Positions 59,641 through 64,000 of a stretch of 64,000 nucleotides of DNA are shown piece after piece; within the stretch, counting starts at the first letter, position 1, and every line of letters begins with the position of its first letter. Position numbers and translations under genes: made by a program. The DNA is taken from positions 62,001 to 126,000 of IMG/VR virus record IMGVR_UViG_3300020473_001965. One strand, written 5' to 3'. Under the pieces are notes generated by a model. The model searched no databases and was not told the DNA's origin. It worked only from the letters and a program-made list of their open reading frames with translations.

Positions 59641-60011
59641 TAGTCCACCACATATTCTTTTTCTAAATCTTTCTTGCTAACTTCTAGAGATTCCACTTCG
59701 CCCGTATCCGGATTCACATACTCTAGATTGACTGAGTCGGGGCCGATATGACTAACTGTGTACTCATACCCGCGTGGCCCGCCATTGGGTAAATGTGTTA
59801 CTCGGGTATCGAGGCCAAGATTGTCCACCTTTACTCGAGGTTCTTGGTCTTTCGGCTTTTCATCTTTCTTTGTGTCACCCGGGTCTTCAACAGACTTGTC
59901 AGCCTTCATACCATCAGCCGGCTTTTCAGAAAGCTCCTTGATTACGTCACGAAGATGCTGATCATACTGATCACGCATCATTCGAATTATTTGTTTCTCT
60001 GTTAATCTCAC
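59640..60011 (-). CDS. Leader-like hypothetical protein
   Basis: GTG start after GGAAGG: MRLTEKQIIRMMRD...IKELSE. Confidence 0.55.
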   Translation of the reverse strand: MRLTEKQIIRMMRDQYDQHLRDVIKELSEKPADGMKADKSVEDPGDTKKDEKPKDQEPRVKVDNLGLDTRVTHLPNGGPRGYEYTVSHIGPDSVNLEYVNPDTGEVESLEVSKKDLEKEYVVD

Positions 60012-62746
60012 TTTCCTTCCCCTAAACCTGCTAGTGTCATCCATCTTTCGTCAACCTGAGACTGCTCATGAGCTCTTGACTCTGTTATTACATCTGTTGA
60101 CTCGGGCCCCTCTTTAACAAGGCCGTATGTGACGAGCACATCGACGATTTTGTCTCTAGTTGCCTTGTCCTGGAATGATTGTCGGCGTTTGTCACCAAAA
60201 GCATTGCTTACTGCCTTGTTTGCTGCTGCTCGAGAGACCTTTGACTTGTTTGATACAAACTGATTAAAGATTTTTTGAACCAGTCTTTGTGTAGCTGCTT
60301 TGTTCTTGGCGCCTAATTTTGGATATTCAAACGACCCGCCTTTTGAAGTCTTTGATTTTTTATCTTTCTTCAAGTAGATATCAGAAGTAACAGATTTGTC
60401 GACTGTAAAGTAAGGTTCTACCTCGACACCTTTTCTGCGGAGATCGGGTGAACCCATGTCTTTCACCATTTGATCGTATGTTCTGTCTTTAACTGGTTTG
60501 TTTCTACCTAAGTGGGTCACACCTTTTCGTCGATCATCTAGATCACTTGAGGATGGCGTTGTATCTTTTCCAGTAATGCCTTGATCTTGTGCCGCTTGGA
60601 ATCTTTCTTTTTCAGTTTCGTATCGCTTGAGTGTAATTCCTCCTCGAGTCCGGTGGGCGTGAACGCCGTCGTCGTCAAGACGAAGAATTGCTAGTCTTGG
60701 TTTATCATCACCTGGTTTTGGTGGTACGGGAGGTACGGGAGGGTCGTCTTTTCCGCCAGTTCGTTTGTCATTAAGCGTGAACTGGCCGTCTCCGACGGCA
60801 CCATCGAGCATCTCTTTGGTAATCGGCCCAAATTCTGGGTGCTTTACTTTTAATAGCGCGTTCACCCACTTGAGAAGTGTCGGATAGTCGTCAAAGTTTT
60901 TGAAAGACGCACCAAACGTTCCCTCATCTTCTGGGTAGTTTTTAGGTTCACCCTGCCTGTTCTTGAATATGAACTCACCTTCGTGAGCTTCTGAAAGCAG
61001 ATCGATTATGGCATCAGGCGTTGTTATTCCTAATTCTACTAATGCAGGCAGGTTGGGCACATACCCAGAAAGATCTAGATCTACTTCCTCTTCTTCACCG
61101 GTTTCTGGATCTTTGACTGTTATTGTCATACGATTGGCAAAAAGGTCTATCACGATTTGCTCGTCTTCACCAGGCGGTGGAAGTGGAGGATCGTCTTCTC
61201 CACCTTCTTTACCTACATCCTCAAATCCGTCAACCATGACCTTGAGGATGGACATGCGAGAGCCGCGGATCTTGCCCGAACCTTTTTTACCACCCTTGCC
61301 TTTCCATCGAAGGAATCCACTAGCAGCACCTGCAGCTAGAAACCCTAACCCGAAGCCTTTGAGCAAGGGGCCGGCCCACTTCATAAGGCCGTTCAACACA
61401 TCATTCCTGAACGTATCATCTTCAACTATTCTAGTCTGATCTGGCATTGACTGGGAAAGCGTCTGAGATACATTCTCTGAGAACTGACCTGGGTCTATTC
61501 CGAAAAGTTCTGATCCTGCTTTTCCCATACCAGATGTTGCGTCGCCCGCGCCGCCGACAAAAGCTGTTACAGGGTCTGCGTTTGATGAAATAAGGTTGTC
61601 CACAGCTGCTGGACCCTTAGAGTCCATCATCGATGCTTTGATCAACTTAAGCAACTGTGCATTCTTCCCGCCGCCGAAGACAGTTCCCATGGAGGGTCCG
61701 CCTGCTTTACCAAATGTGCCGTCTCCCGTTATTCTTCGAACAACACGGATGATACCTTCTTCAGGCTTGACTTCACCCAAACCTACTGATTTCGAAATTG
61801 TTTGGGTTACTGTTTTTCCTGGAACTGTAGTTGTAGTTACATCCTTCATTGACTGCATCAAATCTTGAGCAAAAGGTGTGTCAGCTGCCCACCCGAGTGT
61901 CATCATAGCTGCGCCCGTTCCGATAAGAACGAGAGGTAACTTATACCCATAAGCAGCTTCAAAGTTTGCGGCGACATCGCCCTCTTTCCGACCAATTGAC
62001 TTTTCTTCTTGGCCTTCAACCTCTTCGAAGAGTAGGTCAGCAAGTGACTCTTCTTTACTCTCCCTATAGTAGTACTGGTCGTTCATCGCAAAGTCTTGGA
62101 AGTAAATTACTACCCCTCGAAGAACAGCGATAATGGTGTTGGCCGTTTTTGTATCAAGCTGCTCGGCGTCATGAGCAGAAACTACATCATCATAGATTTT
62201 TTGAAACTTAGCTGCTTCAGTCTTGAAACCGGATTTGTTTGCCTTGTTAGGGAATTCTGCTTGAACAAGCTCATCATACAAGTCTGAAAGCGGTTTATAT
62301 TCTATTGCTTTTAGCCAAGATTCTGCTTCTCTCTTTGCATTATCTTTAAGTTCTTGTCGCTTCTTGATATCAAACGTCTCATTTCCCCCTAGAAGTGTTC
62401 CGGCTTTGTTTCCGAACATTCCAATGTCTTTGATCCCTTTGATTCGATCAACTGTCTTAGCAAAAAAGCCGCGGGTGTCTTCGCCGGCTTCTTCTTGCTT
62501 GGCTTTCAGCATTTTCTTCAATGCAGATTTTGACAAAGCTTTAAGTTCGGCCTCGTCTGCTTGTGGATCACGATCCATTATCTTTTTGATCAAAGTTTTC
62601 TTTCGAGTGAAACCCAGTAACTCATTCAGCTCATCGTCTGAAAGCCCATTATTTGATGCTAAGATTGCTATGTGCTCTTCTGTCAAGTTGGCAAAATCTT
62701 CGTCGTCGAGCTCAAAAAGCAAAGATTCTAAGTCGTGTTGATTCAT
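60008..62746 (-). CDS. 912-aa protein with Gly-rich hydrophobic segments; possible ejected/internal virion protein
   Basis: Two TM-like stretches, Pro-rich linkers, C-terminal ITES...ERWMTLAGL; CGTAATAATTAG at 62778-62789. Confidence 0.55.
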   Translation of the reverse strand: MNQHDLESLLFELDDEDFANLTEEHIAILASNNGLSDDELNELLGFTRKKTLIKKIMDRDPQADEAELKALSKSALKKMLKAKQEEAGEDTRGFFAKTVDRIKGIKDIGMFGNKAGTLLGGNETFDIKKRQELKDNAKREAESWLKAIEYKPLSDLYDELVQAEFPNKANKSGFKTEAAKFQKIYDDVVSAHDAEQLDTKTANTIIAVLRGVVIYFQDFAMNDQYYYRESKEESLADLLFEEVEGQEEKSIGRKEGDVAANFEAAYGYKLPLVLIGTGAAMMTLGWAADTPFAQDLMQSMKDVTTTTVPGKTVTQTISKSVGLGEVKPEEGIIRVVRRITGDGTFGKAGGPSMGTVFGGGKNAQLLKLIKASMMDSKGPAAVDNLISSNADPVTAFVGGAGDATSGMGKAGSELFGIDPGQFSENVSQTLSQSMPDQTRIVEDDTFRNDVLNGLMKWAGPLLKGFGLGFLAAGAASGFLRWKGKGGKKGSGKIRGSRMSILKVMVDGFEDVGKEGGEDDPPLPPPGEDEQIVIDLFANRMTITVKDPETGEEEEVDLDLSGYVPNLPALVELGITTPDAIIDLLSEAHEGEFIFKNRQGEPKNYPEDEGTFGASFKNFDDYPTLLKWVNALLKVKHPEFGPITKEMLDGAVGDGQFTLNDKRTGGKDDPPVPPVPPKPGDDKPRLAILRLDDDGVHAHRTRGGITLKRYETEKERFQAAQDQGITGKDTTPSSSDLDDRRKGVTHLGRNKPVKDRTYDQMVKDMGSPDLRRKGVEVEPYFTVDKSVTSDIYLKKDKKSKTSKGGSFEYPKLGAKNKAATQRLVQKIFNQFVSNKSKVSRAAANKAVSNAFGDKRRQSFQDKATRDKIVDVLVTYGLVKEGPESTDVITESRAHEQSQVDERWMTLAGLGEGK

Positions 62747-62821
62747 TATATAACTCCGCGTGCCTGCAGCCTACAATCTAATTATTACGCAAAGAGACAA
62801 AATAATGACACACGCAGCTGT

Positions 62822-63226
62822 TTATTGGTAACTTTTAACAGACACACCTGAAGAGAGAAGCAAATCTATCCCAGACCTATCACGATACTCTTCGTCATAG
62901 ATCACTTCATCAATTCCGGCGTTTATCATCGCTTTGGCACACATTCTACAAGGTGAGAGCGTCACATACATTATCTTCTTCTTAGGATTGTTATAATCCA
63001 TTTTTAGAAGTGCGTTAATTTCTGCATGAATCATTCCCGACGCGCCTGGTTCTACTGACTCTACTTCATTAGGCCCGCCTTGATGGTTTCCGTTATACCC
63101 AACGGAAAGAACTTGTGTATTATCGTCAGTGACTACTATAGCTCCCACTTGATATCTTGGATCGTATGACCTTCTAGAAATGTTTCTGGCAAAGCTCATC
63201 CATATTTCATCCCACTCTGGACGCAT
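62822..63226 (-). CDS. dCMP deaminase
   Basis: RP.WDEIWM..A...S.RS, QVGA, GYNG, HAEINAL, SPCRMCAK. Confidence 0.9.
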   Translation of the reverse strand: MRPEWDEIWMSFARNISRRSYDPRYQVGAIVVTDDNTQVLSVGYNGNHQGGPNEVESVEPGASGMIHAEINALLKMDYNNPKKKIMYVTLSPCRMCAKAMINAGIDEVIYDEEYRDRSGIDLLLSSGVSVKSYQ

Positions 63227-63309
63227 CTGATTACCTCCTGTTGCAATTATATTATTGTCTATAGGATTGTATTAAAAAACACATAAGTGACAACCAGGAT
63301 CATTCTAGA

Positions 63310-63999
63310 TTACTTGTCAGTACTTTCTTTTGTTGATTCGCCAGCATTCTTATCAGCGCCAACATTTTTAGCAGCTGTCTTCTTGACAAGCTTCTTTCTT
63401 GTAGATCTAGTTCTTTTGGGCTTATCAAATAAATCTTCCACATGCTTGTTTTTGGGAAGCTGAAAACCTGACGCTTTTTTATGTCCGCCGCCGCCGTATT
63501 TCTTTGCAATCTCTGAAACGTCTACAGTGTCATGAAATGCCCTTAAACTTACTTTTGTTTCTTTAGACTCATGGTCCCAAAACCATATCATCGCAAAATC
63601 ACAGTCAGGAGCTAGACGAGCGCCAATCTCAGACATCCAGTGTGATGCATTAACAACAAGGACATCCATTCCTCCTAGCTTTCTCTTTGATGCTTTCTCG
63701 CAGACTTTTTTCACAACTGTCTTGCTATACGCAAGTATGTAGGATCCTCGCTTGCACGCATCATCGAAAACTGAGTCGTCTTCAAATTTCTCAAATTCCT
63801 CAAATTCAAAGGGCACCATATCGAAAGCCGCACTGAATTCTTTAGAGTATTCAAGCTCCCACTTCCACAAGTCTCTATCCTGGATATATCGTATAAACTT
63901 TGGTGGCTCTTTTCCAGGGTGGAAAAACTCCCATGCAAGCATTGCGCCGGATTTTGTCATGTCAAAATGTGTATGAGACACGTCGTGCAACTCTACCAT
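63310..63999 (-). CDS. DHH/DHHA1 phosphoesterase (probably 5'-partial)
   Basis: SGA.LAW, DRDLWKW, SLR....DVSEIAKKYGGGGHKKASGF. Confidence 0.8.
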   Translation of the reverse strand: MVELHDVSHTHFDMTKSGAMLAWEFFHPGKEPPKFIRYIQDRDLWKWELEYSKEFSAAFDMVPFEFEEFEKFEDDSVFDDACKRGSYILAYSKTVVKKVCEKASKRKLGGMDVLVVNASHWMSEIGARLAPDCDFAMIWFWDHESKETKVSLRAFHDTVDVSEIAKKYGGGGHKKASGFQLPKNKHVEDLFDKPKRTRSTRKKLVKKTAAKNVGADKNAGESTKESTDK

Positions 64000-64000
64000 A

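Overview
This window looks like a gene-dense, mostly minus-strand segment of a large (probably jumbo) tailed-phage genome using the standard genetic code. It has no rRNA or ribosomal-protein genes, and no obvious capsid, terminase or tail genes fall inside it. It carries T4-like replication and repair genes (ATP-dependent ligase, 5'-3' exonuclease, DinG helicase, pyrimidine-dimer glycosylase-like, GIY-YIG, dCMP deaminase) and three CCA-encoding tRNAs (Gly-TCC, Ser-TGA, Asn-GTT). It also has many auxiliary genes (GroEL, Hsp20, FKBP, CysK, AsnB, TilS, QueF-like, PMM, SOD, PCD, SET) and myxobacterial-style surface lipoproteins that hint at a Myxococcota-like host (inference). Five observations stand out. 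(1) An array of unrelated small proteins and polyproteins at 11-19 kb shares a leader, MKI(T/K)KSQLRRIIxEE...(L/I)xE. Weaker copies also tag enzymes elsewhere, and the leader is inferred to be a capsid-targeting and prohead-protease signal for injected cargo. (2) An apparently split sigma-70 has its region 4.2 helix-turn-helix in the next gene, alongside about ten promoters with a non-canonical DTGTAM -35 box. (3) A second promoter-like motif (CGTnATAWTTA) sits in front of leader-tagged genes. (4) An unannotated 42-aa metallothionein-like ORF heads the array. (5) The QueF homologue lacks its catalytic Cys. All family assignments come from motif recognition by eye; no database searches were run.
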